Below, piece after piece: positions 22,669-32,725 of a DNA stretch of 64,000 nt. Source of the stretch: an uncultured Candidatus Binatia bacterium (GTDB lineage: Bacteria > Desulfobacterota > Binatia > UBA9968 > JAJDTQ01). Both the position numbers and the translations under genes were made by a program. The notes beneath the pieces are model-generated. The model worked only from the letters and a program-made list of their open reading frames with translations, did no database searches and was not told the origin of the DNA. How positions within the stretch are numbered: position 1 is the stretch's first letter; every line of letters begins with the position of its first letter. The stretch covers positions 416,001-480,000 of the forward strand of contig OZ219754.1 of NCBI GenBank assembly GCA_964291295.2, in the 5' to 3' direction.

Positions 22669-23562
22669 GCCCATCGGTCATCGACATCCATGCCCACTTC
22701 ACCCCGCCCGAGTGGATCCGGGCCATGCGCCGGGACGGCGAACGGTACGGTTGCCACATTGAGGAGGACGGCTCGGGCAGGTTGTCGCTTCGGGTGGAGG
22801 AGGGCCACCCCGCGGCATTGCCGCCGTCGCTCTCGGACGTTCCCGGCCGGTTGCGCGCCATGCGCGAGCGCGGGCTGGACCGGCAGGTGCTGTCGCCGCC
22901 CATGACCATCGTGACCTATCAACTGGCGGCCATGGACGGGCAGATCGTGTCCCGGCTCTTCAACGAGACCAACGCCGAGGTGGCGCGCGAGACGCCGGAA
23001 CTGATCCCCGTGGCCACGGTTCCCATGCAGGAACCCACATCAACGGCGTGAATCTCGACGACGAGACGTTCCGGCCGTTCTTCGAATGCGCCGCCGACCT
23101 CGACGTGGTGGTGCAACTGCATCCCCACCGGGTGGCGGCCGCGGAGCGGCTGAACCGCTACTACATGCACAACCTGGTGGGCAACCCCATGGACACCGCC
23201 ATTGCCGCGGCCGCACTGATCCTGGGCGGCGTGCTGGAGCGCTACCCCTCCCTCAACATCTGCCGGGTCCACGGCGGCGGCGCCCTTCCATGGCTTCTCG
23301 GCCGGGGTAGTTCACGGCAGCCGCGCGGCGGCGGTCCGCGCGGTAACGGGTGATCCGGAGACATGCTTCCGCCGCTTCCATTTCGATACGACCCTGCACG
23401 ATCCGCGCCAGCTCGCCTTCCTGCGCCAACTGGCGGGCGAGGAGCGGCTTCTGCTCGGCACGACTACCCCTGCGACATGGGCGAAAGCCATCCGTCTGGT
23501 TTGCTGGAACGCGCCGGCCTGGGCGGTTGCGACCCGGTTCGCGGCGGGAACGCAGGGCCTGA
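22665..23562 (+). pseudogene. Amidohydrolase_2 (ACMSD/LigI-like) pseudogene
   Basis: IDIHAH in first frame; NLDD..F..FF...LHP, NLVGNPMDT, HGGGALP in second; RRFHFDTTLHD..LLLGT then DYPCDMG in further frames; internal deletions and frameshifts. Confidence 0.8.
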
Positions 23563-23576
23563 CGTGAGCGCCGGGC

Positions 23577-24587
23577 CTACTCCACCCGGTTGTCGATGGG
23601 CGCCAGCGAGCGCAGGTAGACGGCGATGGCGGCGAGGTCCTCATCGGTCATGTGCTCGTAGCCGTGGACGATGACCCGCTCCATCAGCCCCTGGACGTTG
23701 TCGCCGTCGGGCTTGTAGCTGCTCTTCAGCAACTCCACCATATCCTCCACCGACCAGTCGCCCACGCCGGTCTCCTGGTGCGGGGTGATGTTGGGCGAAG
23801 TCTCGCCCTCGGGGCCGTCGACGCTTCCCGCCATCAGCAGTTCCGGCTTCAGCCCGCCGGCCCAGTCCCTTGGGGTGTGGCATTCCGCGCAGTGCGTCAC
23901 CGCCTGGACGAGATAGGCGCCCCGGTTCCACCTGGCGGACCTGTCCGGGTCGGCCTTCCACGGGCCTTTTCTGAAATAGCGCCATTTCCACCCCGCCAGC
24001 AGGAAACGCCAACCGAAAGGCGCGGTCAGCTCGGGCGCCCGGTTCTCCTGGCGCACGGGCCTGACCGTGGCCAGGTAGGCCTTGATGGCCAGGATGTCCC
24101 GGTCGGTCATGGCCGTGAACGAAGTGTAGGGGAAGGCGGGGAAAAGGTGCTGGCCGCGGCGGCCGACGCCCTCACGCATGGCCCGGAGGAACGCTTCGTC
24201 GCTCCAGCCGCCGATGCCGGTCTCCGGGTCCGGGGTGAGATTGGTGCTGTAGAGAGTGCCGAACGGGATCTGGATGGCGTAGCCGCCGGCAAGCTCGACC
24301 CCCTTGTTCCTGAAGTCGGTGTGGCAGGCGATGCACAGGCCCGCCCGCGCCAGGTACTTCCCCCGCGCCGCCGGGTCGTCCGCGGCGCCGGCCCCGGGCA
24401 ACCACGCCGCTCCCCAGAGGGCCAACGCCAGACCCGCGGCCAAGTGTCCCTTGCTGCGTCGAGTGCGGTATCTCACGGACAATCCCACAGGATCGCCCGG
24501 TTCCCCTGTCGCCGGCCAGGCGCGGCGACGGGAGGGGCGGGCGCCGAACCCCGCCCCCCGGCCCGGCGACGGGCCGGAACCGGTCAT
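23577..24587 (-). CDS. Diheme cytochrome c (alcohol/gluconate dehydrogenase cytochrome subunit-like); start 24587 or 24476
   Basis: CIACH and CAECH, PFGTLYSTNLTPDPETGIG, PAFPYTSF. Confidence 0.88.
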   Translation of the reverse strand: MTGSGPSPGRGAGFGARPSRRRAWPATGEPGDPVGLSVRYRTRRSKGHLAAGLALALWGAAWLPGAGAADDPAARGKYLARAGLCIACHTDFRNKGVELAGGYAIQIPFGTLYSTNLTPDPETGIGGWSDEAFLRAMREGVGRRGQHLFPAFPYTSFTAMTDRDILAIKAYLATVRPVRQENRAPELTAPFGWRFLLAGWKWRYFRKGPWKADPDRSARWNRGAYLVQAVTHCAECHTPRDWAGGLKPELLMAGSVDGPEGETSPNITPHQETGVGDWSVEDMVELLKSSYKPDGDNVQGLMERVIVHGYEHMTDEDLAAIAVYLRSLAPIDNRVE

Positions 24588-25765
24588 CCGTTGCGGCACA
24601 CGATCAACTCCCGGGGACAGTCGTGCATGTTCTCCAGCCCGGCGTCGGTCACGCGCATCATCTCGCCGAACTGCACGCCGCGCAACCCGTCCTCGGTCAC
24701 CACGTTGGGTTGGATCACCAGGCACATGTTCGTCTCGAAGCGGAAGCCGGAGGGCGCCCCGCGACTGGTCTTCGACGTCCGCAGGATCGGCGGCAACTGG
24801 CTGGCGCCGTGAACCACGTCGTCGTAGACGGTGAACCCTCGTTCATGCACCACGTCCGCCGCCTCCAGCACCGGCTCCACTCCCGCACCCGCCCGGATGA
24901 CGCCGGCGATGCGGTCGAAAGCCTCCATGGCCGCATCATGGAGGCGCCGATATTCCGGGGTGGGCTCCTCACCGATGGTGAATGTACGCAGGACCTGGCC
25001 GGTGTAACCGCCATAGTTGGTGCTGATCTCGGTGACCAGCACGTCGCCCTGCCGCAGGATGCGGTTGGTCAGGTGCTGCCGCGGCACGCCGCCCCGGGGG
25101 TCGCGCATGGGGGTGGTGATCATGAAATGAATGCCGTTGATGCCGCCCCGGCCCAAGTAGACGTCCTCGACGATCCGGGCCAGCTCGTGCTCCGGGATGC
25201 CGGGACGCGCCCGCTCGGCCAAAGCCGCCACCGAATCATCGCTCATGGCCGCGGCCAGGCGCAGCCTTTCGATCTCCTCGCCGCTCTTGACCTGGCGCTG
25301 GTCGCGCATCTCGGCGCTGAAATCCATCCAGCGGACCTCGGGCAGCGCCTCCGTCAGCCGCAGATAGTGCCGGTAAGGGACACTGCCGCAAAGACCCACC
25401 GTTCTCTTCTCCAGGCCACGGTCCTTCAGGTTCTCCACCACCCGCGGCACGGAATCCACCGAGCCCGTGGGGCTGGAACCGCCGAACCGGACATCGTCGA
25501 TGATGGCCATGTGCCTGGCGTTGGGCAGGTGATTCGACAACTGGACGAAGAGCGTCGGTTCCCCTTGGCGCGGGTAGATGAAGTAGGCCTCGGTGGTGGT
25601 GAGCCAGTTGCACAGATAGTGGATGTCCGGGGCCGTTCGGCTGCCGTAGAACACCACGGCCTCCAGGCCCAGGCGGTCCATGCGCCCCCGCACCGCGGCA
25701 TGGCGGCGCTGGTACTCGGCGCCGGAAAAAACGGGATAGTCGATATGGTCGGAACCGCAAGCCAT
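24584..25765 (-). CDS. M24 (pita-bread) family hydrolase, creatinase/Xaa-Pro-like
   Basis: Creatinase_N region, RQVKSGEEIERLR, GYTGQVLRTFTIG, VIQPNVV. Confidence 0.85.
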   Translation of the reverse strand: MACGSDHIDYPVFSGAEYQRRHAAVRGRMDRLGLEAVVFYGSRTAPDIHYLCNWLTTTEAYFIYPRQGEPTLFVQLSNHLPNARHMAIIDDVRFGGSSPTGSVDSVPRVVENLKDRGLEKRTVGLCGSVPYRHYLRLTEALPEVRWMDFSAEMRDQRQVKSGEEIERLRLAAAMSDDSVAALAERARPGIPEHELARIVEDVYLGRGGINGIHFMITTPMRDPRGGVPRQHLTNRILRQGDVLVTEISTNYGGYTGQVLRTFTIGEEPTPEYRRLHDAAMEAFDRIAGVIRAGAGVEPVLEAADVVHERGFTVYDDVVHGASQLPPILRTSKTSRGAPSGFRFETNMCLVIQPNVVTEDGLRGVQFGEMMRVTDAGLENMHDCPRELIVCRNG

Positions 25766-25819
25766 GAGACGCCTCCACTCGATCGAGGACGGTCCGGCCG
25801 CATGCCCGCCGCGGCCAAC

Positions 25820-27169
25820 CTACGCGGCCGCCAGTCCGGGCTGCGGCGCCGGCGGCGGGGCCGGTGTCCGCGGCGCCTCCCTGGCGATGGCCAGTGACAT
25901 GAGCATGGCCATCACCGCCAGCACCGCGCCGATGAGAAAGGCCGGGACGTAGCCGCCGGAGTAGTCGAAGATGAGGCCGCCGCCCTGGGCCATGGCGGCG
26001 CCACCCAACTGGTGCGACAGGAATATCAGGCCGTAGACGCTGCCCACGGAGTTCTTGCCGAAGGTGTTGCCGGCGATGGCCACCACCGGCGGCACGGTTG
26101 CGAACCAGTCCAGGCCGTAGACCACCGCGAACACGAACATGCCCTCGGGTCCGGTGACCACCGGCAGGATGAACAGGGCCACGGCCCGCAAGCCGTAGAC
26201 CAGGGCCAGCACCTTGCGCGGGTCCATGCGGTCACTGAGCCATCCCGCGCCCATGGTGCCGATGAAGTTCATGCCGCCCATGATCCCCACCGTCCAGGAG
26301 GCCACTCCCGCGCTGATGCCGATGTCCAGGGCATGCGGGATCATGTGGCTGCCGATGAGCCCGTTGGATGTCCCGCCGCAGATGGCGTAGCCGCCGGCCA
26401 GAAGCCAGAAGGTACGGTGCCGCAGAGCCGCCCGCACCGGCGTGCTGACCACCGGCGGGGAGCCGCCCCCGGATGCCGCCAGCGCGGCCGCGGCCTCCGA
26501 TTCGCCCAGCGGCTCGTCGCCGACATCCGCCGGTTCGTTGCGCATGAGCCACCACACCAGCACGAAGACCAGCGCGGCCACGACGGCCAGCGCGGTGGCG
26601 GCCGTGCGCCAGCCCCAGGTCACGATGACCCCCATGACCAGCGGTATGAAGATAAGCTGTCCGGTGGAGCCCGAACTGTTCAGCAGTCCCAGCATCACGC
26701 CGCGATGGCGTACGAACCAGCGGTGGGCGACGCTGGCCGCCAGCACCGACGACATGCCGCCGGCGCCGGTGCCGACGATGAAGCCCCAGACCAGGATGAA
26801 TTGCCAGAGTTTGTCGATGAACGCGGTGAGCCCCACACCGACGCCCAGCAGGATCAGGGCGGTGAGCATCACCACCCGCACTCCGTGGCGATCCTGGATG
26901 CGGCCCCCGATGGGGCCGACGGCGCCGTAGAGCACCAGGTTTACGGACACCGCGGCCATGATCGCGCCCCGGCTCCAGCCGAATGCCGCCTCCAGCGGCC
27001 TCACGAAAGTCTGGGGCGTGGCGCGTATGCCGGCGGCCGTAAGCGTCGCCAGGAAGGTCAGGGCGACGACGACCCAGCCGTAGAAAAACGAGAGATTCAG
27101 CGGGTTGCGGCGGTGCGGGGTGTCGCGTGTCGTGTTCATGGTGTCGATGTCGTGTTCACGAGACGGCAT
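25820..27169 (-). CDS. MFS transporter (paralog of 19162-20481)
   Basis: FFYGWVVV, ASVAHRWF, ICGGTSNGLIG, YGLDWFATVPP. Confidence 0.9.
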   Translation of the reverse strand: MPSREHDIDTMNTTRDTPHRRNPLNLSFFYGWVVVALTFLATLTAAGIRATPQTFVRPLEAAFGWSRGAIMAAVSVNLVLYGAVGPIGGRIQDRHGVRVVMLTALILLGVGVGLTAFIDKLWQFILVWGFIVGTGAGGMSSVLAASVAHRWFVRHRGVMLGLLNSSGSTGQLIFIPLVMGVIVTWGWRTAATALAVVAALVFVLVWWLMRNEPADVGDEPLGESEAAAALAASGGGSPPVVSTPVRAALRHRTFWLLAGGYAICGGTSNGLIGSHMIPHALDIGISAGVASWTVGIMGGMNFIGTMGAGWLSDRMDPRKVLALVYGLRAVALFILPVVTGPEGMFVFAVVYGLDWFATVPPVVAIAGNTFGKNSVGSVYGLIFLSHQLGGAAMAQGGGLIFDYSGGYVPAFLIGAVLAVMAMLMSLAIAREAPRTPAPPPAPQPGLAAA

Positions 27170-27275
27170 TCATGGTACCGCGGTCGCCAAGTGTCGGATC
27201 GTGCGGGTCGGATCCCGCGGTCGCCGCGCCGGTGCGGGCCGCTCCGACGACACCGGACGGAGCCGCAACCTGCCC

Positions 27276-28280
27276 CTACGGGCGCGGTCCCAGGGCCTCG
27301 ACGGCGCGCTCGTAATCTTCAAGCCGGGGCAACAACAGCGGGTTGCCCACCCCGGCCTCACGGTATTCGTCGATGCGCCGGCGGCATTCTGAAGCATCCC
27401 CCAGCAGATAAAACGCTTTCACCATGGCATCGGTGATCAGGCCCACGGCCGCTTTCCCGCCCCGGCCTGCGGCGGCGGCACGGAGCGGCGGCAGGATGGC
27501 CGGGTCGAAGCCGCCCCGCTCCAGCAGGACCTCGCCCACGAAGGGCTCGGCCAACAGCCGCATCATGCGTTCCTTCAGGGCCGGCATCATCCGCTCCGGA
27601 TCGTCGGTCAGCCGCACGATGAGCATACAGGCGATGTCGATGGACGCGGGGTCGCGGCCGGCCTCCCGGGCAGCGGCGGCGACTTCCCGCACCGCGTACC
27701 GGACATAGCGCACCGGCACGTAGGCATTGAGCAGGACGCCGTCGGCCACCGCCCCCGCCAGCCGCAATGCCCTGGGGCCGATGGCGGCCAGGTAGACGGG
27801 GACGCGTTCCTGTACGGGCGTGACCGCCAGCCGCACGGCATCGAGATCCCAGCCGACACCTTCGCCGCTGGCGCACCCGCCGGCCAGAAGCTGCCTGAGT
27901 TGCGCCACCGTTTCCCTCAGGGTGTCCAGCGGCCGCTGGTAGGGAATGCCCATGCGGCCCTCGATCACCCCCTTGTCGCTGCGGCCCAGCCCCAGGAGAA
28001 GGCGCCCGCCGGAAAGCCGGTCCAGGGTCGCCGCCGACATGCCCATCAACGCCGGGTTCCGCGTATAGGGATTGATGACGCCCAGGCCCAGCCGTATCCG
28101 CCGCGTGGCCGCGGCGAGGAATCCCAGCAGCGAGAAGGTCTCCTCGTGGAAATAGCGCTCGGTCACCCACAGGGAATCGAAGCCGGCGTCTTCCGCGGCG
28201 CGGGCGTAGTTGCGCAGCGCGCCGCCGCTGTCGATGCCGTGATACAGCACCATGCCCAGCCGTGAGGCGGAGGAGGTCAA
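27276..28280 (-). CDS. LLM-class flavin/F420-dependent oxidoreductase
   Basis: AEDAGFDSLWVTE, TRRIRLG..VINPYTRNP, YLAAIGPRALRLAGAVADG; TTG start overlaps the permease stop. Confidence 0.88.
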   Translation of the reverse strand: MTSSASRLGMVLYHGIDSGGALRNYARAAEDAGFDSLWVTERYFHEETFSLLGFLAAATRRIRLGLGVINPYTRNPALMGMSAATLDRLSGGRLLLGLGRSDKGVIEGRMGIPYQRPLDTLRETVAQLRQLLAGGCASGEGVGWDLDAVRLAVTPVQERVPVYLAAIGPRALRLAGAVADGVLLNAYVPVRYVRYAVREVAAAAREAGRDPASIDIACMLIVRLTDDPERMMPALKERMMRLLAEPFVGEVLLERGGFDPAILPPLRAAAAGRGGKAAVGLITDAMVKAFYLLGDASECRRRIDEYREAGVGNPLLLPRLEDYERAVEALGPRP

Positions 28281-29203
28281 ATGCCGGTTCCCGCCCGCTT
28301 GAGCCGTGGGTCCAGAACGTCCCGCAGGGCATCGCCCAGGAGGTTGATCCCCAGCACGGTCACGAATATGGACAAGCCGGGGAACAGCGCCAGCCACCAC
28401 GCGGTGCTGATGTAGATGCGGCCGTCGGCGAGCATGGTGCCCCAGGTGGGAATCTCCGGGGGCACGCCCAGGCCCAGGAAGCTGAGGCTCGCCTCGGAGA
28501 TGATGGACGAGGCCATGGCGAAGGTGCCGATGACCAGCGACACCTGGATGAGATTGGGGATGATGTGGCGCGCGATGATCTGGGCGTCGCTCGCTCCCAG
28601 CGACTTGGCCGAGATGACGAACTCGCGGGTCTTGAGCGACAGGCTCTGCCCCCGGGTCACCCGGCAGTATTGGATCCAGCGCTGGGCCACCAGCGCCAGG
28701 ATGAGGTTGAACAGGCCCTGGCCCAGGAAGGCCATGATGCTGAGCGCCAGCAGCAGCGGCGGGAAGGCCCACACCACCTCCACGAACTTCTGGATGGTGA
28801 AATCGGCGTTGCCGCCGAAATACCCGGAGACGGCACCCAGCACCACGCCCACGATGCCGGAGATGAACACCACCGCGAAGGCGATGAGCAGCGACACCCG
28901 GGCGCCGAAGACGATGCGGCTCAGGATGTCGCGGCCGAGGTTGTCGGTGCCGAGGAAATGCGGCCCCCAGAACCACTGGGGCGCCTGCAGCATGGTCTCA
29001 AGGCTCTGGTGGTTGGGATCGTAGGGCGCCACCAGCGGCCCGAGGGCGCCGGCGATGATGAAGAGCAGCACGATGGAGCCGCCGGCGTAGACCTTGGTTC
29101 GCATCCACCGCCGCCACCACCCGCGGCGGGGCCTTGGGCCGCCGGTTTCCGGCGCGCCGGTGTCCGTACCGTCAGTAGCGGATTCTCGGATCGATGATTG
29201 CAT
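28277..29203 (-). CDS. Peptide/nickel ABC transporter permease (DppC/OppC type; start uncertain)
   Basis: LGTDNLGRDILSR, EFVISAKSLGAS, EASLSFLGLG. Confidence 0.93.
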   Translation of the reverse strand: MQSSIRESATDGTDTGAPETGGPRPRRGWWRRWMRTKVYAGGSIVLLFIIAGALGPLVAPYDPNHQSLETMLQAPQWFWGPHFLGTDNLGRDILSRIVFGARVSLLIAFAVVFISGIVGVVLGAVSGYFGGNADFTIQKFVEVVWAFPPLLLALSIMAFLGQGLFNLILALVAQRWIQYCRVTRGQSLSLKTREFVISAKSLGASDAQIIARHIIPNLIQVSLVIGTFAMASSIISEASLSFLGLGVPPEIPTWGTMLADGRIYISTAWWLALFPGLSIFVTVLGINLLGDALRDVLDPRLKRAGTGI

Positions 29204-30173
29204 AGAGCACGTCGATCAGAAAGTTGATGGCGACGAAAGCCGCCGTGTACACCAGCACCAGCCCGGTGACCAGCGGATGGTCGCGGGCGTTGAGGGCGAT
29301 GACAAGGAGACTGCCGCTGCCCGGCCACGAGAAGACCGTCTCCACGATGATCGAGCCGCTCAGCAGCGTCCCGAGTTCGAGCCCCACCACGGTGATCACC
29401 GGGATCAGCGCGTTGCTCACCACGTGACGCCACAGCACCCTGCGCTCCGCCAGCCCCTTGGCGCGTGCCGTGGTCACGTACTCCTCGTGCATGACCTCCA
29501 GCACCGACGACCGGGTCACCCGCATGAGGATGCCCAGCATGTTCGAGCCCAGCGCCAGCGCCGGCAGGAAGACATGCTCCGCGCCGTCGCGCACGCCGGC
29601 CCAGTTCCCCTGAAGGGCGCTGTCAAGGATGTAGAACCCGGTGATGCTCGGGCCGGCGATGCCGTAGGTGTCCCTTCCCGCCGATGGCAATATGTTCAGT
29701 ACTCCGGCGAAGAGCAGGATCAGCATGATGCCGAACCAGAAGCTGGGCATGCTGATGCCGAAGAGGCCGAAGGTGGTGCCGGTGTTGTCCACCCAGGAGT
29801 TGGGCCGGGCCGCGGCCCATACTCCCAAGGGTATGGCGAACAGGAGTGCGATGAGGACCGAGGCGGCGGCCAGTTCCAGCGTCGCCGGGATCCGGTTGAC
29901 GATCACGTCCAGCACCGGCTCGTCGTACTTGAAGGAGCGCCCCAGATTGCCCTGGGCCGCAGACATGAGGAACTTGACGTACTGGACGTAGATGGGCTGG
30001 TCCAGCCCCCAGCGATCCCGCGCCTCGGCAATATCCTCGGCGGTGCTGTCCTCGCCCAGGAGCATGAGCGTCGGATCGCCGGGAGCCGCCTGGATCAGCA
30101 GGAAGACGAGCAGGCTGATCAGCACCATGACCGGAATCGTTCCGATCAGGCGGCGAAGCAGATAGGTTCCCAT
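29172..30173 (-). CDS. Peptide/nickel ABC transporter permease (DppB/OppB type)
   Basis: GLDQPIYVQY, EYVTTARAKGL, ETVFSWPG, DPRIRY. Confidence 0.94.
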   Translation of the reverse strand: MGTYLLRRLIGTIPVMVLISLLVFLLIQAAPGDPTLMLLGEDSTAEDIAEARDRWGLDQPIYVQYVKFLMSAAQGNLGRSFKYDEPVLDVIVNRIPATLELAAASVLIALLFAIPLGVWAAARPNSWVDNTGTTFGLFGISMPSFWFGIMLILLFAGVLNILPSAGRDTYGIAGPSITGFYILDSALQGNWAGVRDGAEHVFLPALALGSNMLGILMRVTRSSVLEVMHEEYVTTARAKGLAERRVLWRHVVSNALIPVITVVGLELGTLLSGSIIVETVFSWPGSGSLLVIALNARDHPLVTGLVLVYTAAFVAINFLIDVLYAIIDPRIRY

Positions 30174-30323
30174 GGACGACTTTCTTGAAAGCCTACCGTC
30201 TATGCCATCGCCCGCGTGAATTCAAGGAGCGTGATTGCAAGGACCGTCATGGACCGTCGTCCCGCCCGCGGGCATGTGCTATGGGTGGAACCCGGGGCTC
30301 CGAAGGACCCGGAAGGGAGAGGC

Positions 30324-31751
30324 ATGGCAAGGGATCTGCGTGCGTTCATTGAACAGCTTGCGGCCGCGGCGCCGGACCAGATCCACATGGTCACCCGGCG
30401 GGTGGACCGCAGGTTCGACATCACCGCCATCGCCGAGCGGCTGGGCGAGGACGGCCGCTTCCCGGCGCTGTTCTTCACCGACGTGGCCGGCGCGTCCATG
30501 CCGCTGGTCATCAATCTGACCGCGACCTACGAACGGCTGGCCCTGGCCCTGGGCACCCGCGTGCCGGACATGGTCCGGGTCTACGGCGAGCGTCAGGCCA
30601 ACCCGATCCCGGCGAAAACCGTCGCCGACGGCCCCGTGAAGGAGGTGGTCCTCAAGGGGGACGCCGTCGACCTGTCGACCCTGCCCATTCCGTTTCACAA
30701 CGAACTCGACGCCGGCCCCTACATCACCGGCGGCGTCCTGATCCTGAAAGATCCCGATACCGGTGCCCAGAACGCCGGGCTCTATCGCCACCAGCTTCAC
30801 GATCGCCGCACCCTCGGCGTCTACATCCAGGGCAGCCATCACGGCGGCTACATCTACCGCCGCAACGCCGAACGCGGCGAGCCCACCGAGTTCGCCCTGG
30901 TCGTCGGACACTATCCGACGTTCATGCTCGGAGCGGTCTCGCGCCTGCCCGGCATCGGCGGCGAGTTCGCCGAGGCCGGCGCGCTGCTGCGGGAGCCCAT
31001 CGAACTGGTGAAGGCCGAGACCGTGGACCTCATGGTGCCGGCGCACGCGGAGATCGTCGTCGAGGGAAGGCTGCCGCCGGACGAGACGCGCCTGGAAGGC
31101 CCCTTCGGCGAGTGGACCGGCTACTACGTCAGCGTCGGCGCCCAGCCGGTGATGCACGTGTCAGCCATGACCCGGCGCCGGAACCCCATCTACTACGACG
31201 TCTTTCCGGCCGGCCAGGAGCACCTGGTGCTGGGCAGCCTGCCGCGCATGGGCACCATCTACCGGCGGGTCCGTGAGGCCGTCCCCGGAGTGGTCAACGT
31301 CAACGTGCCGGCCCACGCCCGCACCCACTGCTACATCTCCATCCGCAAGACCCGGGACTCGGAGGTCAAGCGGGCCGCCCTGGCCGCCATCGGCACCGAG
31401 CCCGAGAACCTCCGGTGCGTCGTGGTCGTGGACGACGACATCAACGTATTCAGCGAACCCGAGGTGACCTGGGCGGTGGGCACCCGCATGCGCCCGGACA
31501 AGGACGTGCTCACCATCCCGGACTGGAACGGACCCGGCGACCTCCTGCCGTCCAACTGGGAGTACACCGTGGACGGCGCCCACCAACCGGTCACCGGCGC
31601 GGTCATGATCCTGGACGCCACCAAACCCGCACCCCCCATCCAGTACCCGCAGCGGGCGCGACCGCCCCGAGAGAAAGTGCGGGAGGTGCGGCTGGACGGG
31701 CTGCTGAAACCTTTCGACCCGTCGTTCATGCGTCAGGGAGGGTCTGGATGA
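30324..31751 (+). CDS. UbiD-family (prFMN) decarboxylase
   Basis: DLRAFI, NAGLYR, EGPFGEWTGYY, VVVVDDDINV, ILDATKP. Confidence 0.92.
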   Translation: MARDLRAFIEQLAAAAPDQIHMVTRRVDRRFDITAIAERLGEDGRFPALFFTDVAGASMPLVINLTATYERLALALGTRVPDMVRVYGERQANPIPAKTVADGPVKEVVLKGDAVDLSTLPIPFHNELDAGPYITGGVLILKDPDTGAQNAGLYRHQLHDRRTLGVYIQGSHHGGYIYRRNAERGEPTEFALVVGHYPTFMLGAVSRLPGIGGEFAEAGALLREPIELVKAETVDLMVPAHAEIVVEGRLPPDETRLEGPFGEWTGYYVSVGAQPVMHVSAMTRRRNPIYYDVFPAGQEHLVLGSLPRMGTIYRRVREAVPGVVNVNVPAHARTHCYISIRKTRDSEVKRAALAAIGTEPENLRCVVVVDDDINVFSEPEVTWAVGTRMRPDKDVLTIPDWNGPGDLLPSNWEYTVDGAHQPVTGAVMILDATKPAPPIQYPQRARPPREKVREVRLDGLLKPFDPSFMRQGGSG

Positions 31752-31778
31752 CGCCGGGGTTGGGGGGCAGGGAGAGTC

Positions 31779-31920
31779 TGTGCGGTCACGGAACGTCTGT
31801 GCGGTCACGGAGGGTCCTGACGGTCACGGAGGTTTTCCTGTTCATGGCCATCCTGTTCATGGCCAAAGGGTCGGGAACCAAAAGGTCGGAGACCGCCGGA
31901 CATGCGGTCGGACATGCGAG
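31779..31920. repeat. Cluster of short tandem duplications (19-bp x3, 15-bp x2, 12-bp x2)
   Basis: tgtgcggtcacggaacgtc/tgtgcggtcacggagggtc/ctgacggtcacggagg; cctgttcatggcca x2; cggacatgcg x2. Confidence 0.75.
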
Positions 31921-32074
31921 AGGTCGCTGTTTCCTTCGTATCAAAACGACGCGGTTCAAGGCGCGCTGGGAAGAGGGGGAAAGATCGAGCCATCTCGCGT
32001 CCACACACTGCCGAGACCACGCAGCAACCCAACCACCATCAGTGTGCTCCCCTGATTCAGGCTTTCCCTGAGGA

Positions 32075-32092
32075 ACCCTGAGAAATCAGGGT
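32075..32092. terminator. Hairpin with GAAA tetraloop between convergent ubiD-like and hicB genes
   Basis: accctga-gaaa-tcagggt, perfect 7-bp stem; weak U-tract. Confidence 0.35.
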
Positions 32093-32150
32093 CGGCTTTC
32101 CGTTCATGCCACTTCACGCGAGCCACTTCACGCGAGCAATTGACTTGCGG

Positions 32151-32364
32151 TCAGCCAAACATCCAGTGCCCGCCCTTCGGCTGCGGAACAGGCCGTCCCC
32201 ATTCCTGAGCCCCCTCGATCCATAGCCGTATCGCCATGTTCACATTTTTCAGCGCATCTTCCTGGTTGTCGCCATGCGCCATGCAACCAGGCAATTCGGG
32301 CACCCCCGGCGATGAACGCCCGATCCTCGTCGCTCCAGCAAAGAACGATCACGTACTTGTTCAC
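32151..32364 (-). pseudogene. hicB: HicB-family antitoxin, frameshifted
   Basis: Removing one G from the G5 run near 32305 gives MNKYVIVLCWSDEDRAFIAG-VPELPGCMAHGDNQEDALKNVNMAIRLWIEGAQEWGRPVPQPKG. Confidence 0.85.
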
Positions 32365-32480
32365 AAATTCCACATACCCCGCTCTCAACCCTCCGTTCCC
32401 TGATTCTGCGGGATCGACTCCGTCACCAATTCCAGACCCGTGATGTCCCGCCGCATGCCTGCCCTGGCACGCAGCACCGG

Positions 32481-32702
32481 TCATACCGCTGTGTTGCGCG
32501 TATGCGGCCTTGAGCGCTTGATCTCGAAGACGAGCAGGTTGCGCTTGCGCTCGAAGAACCAAGTGCCGAACCCGCGTACCTCACCCGAGGGCAGGACGAA
32601 GCCCGCCAGCCCGAACACCGGACTTTCCTTGTATCTTGGGTCGGTGCGGCTGACGTAGGGGCCGATATGTCCAAATTCGTCGAGATAGGCAAGATACGTC
32701 AC
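32481..32702 (-). pseudogene. DUF3800-domain protein, truncated
   Basis: GTG start with GGAGG RBS; TYLAYLDEFGHIGPY...SPVFGLAG; stops after ~73 aa. Confidence 0.65.
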
Positions 32703-32725
32703 CTGCCTCCCCTTCAGAAACACGA

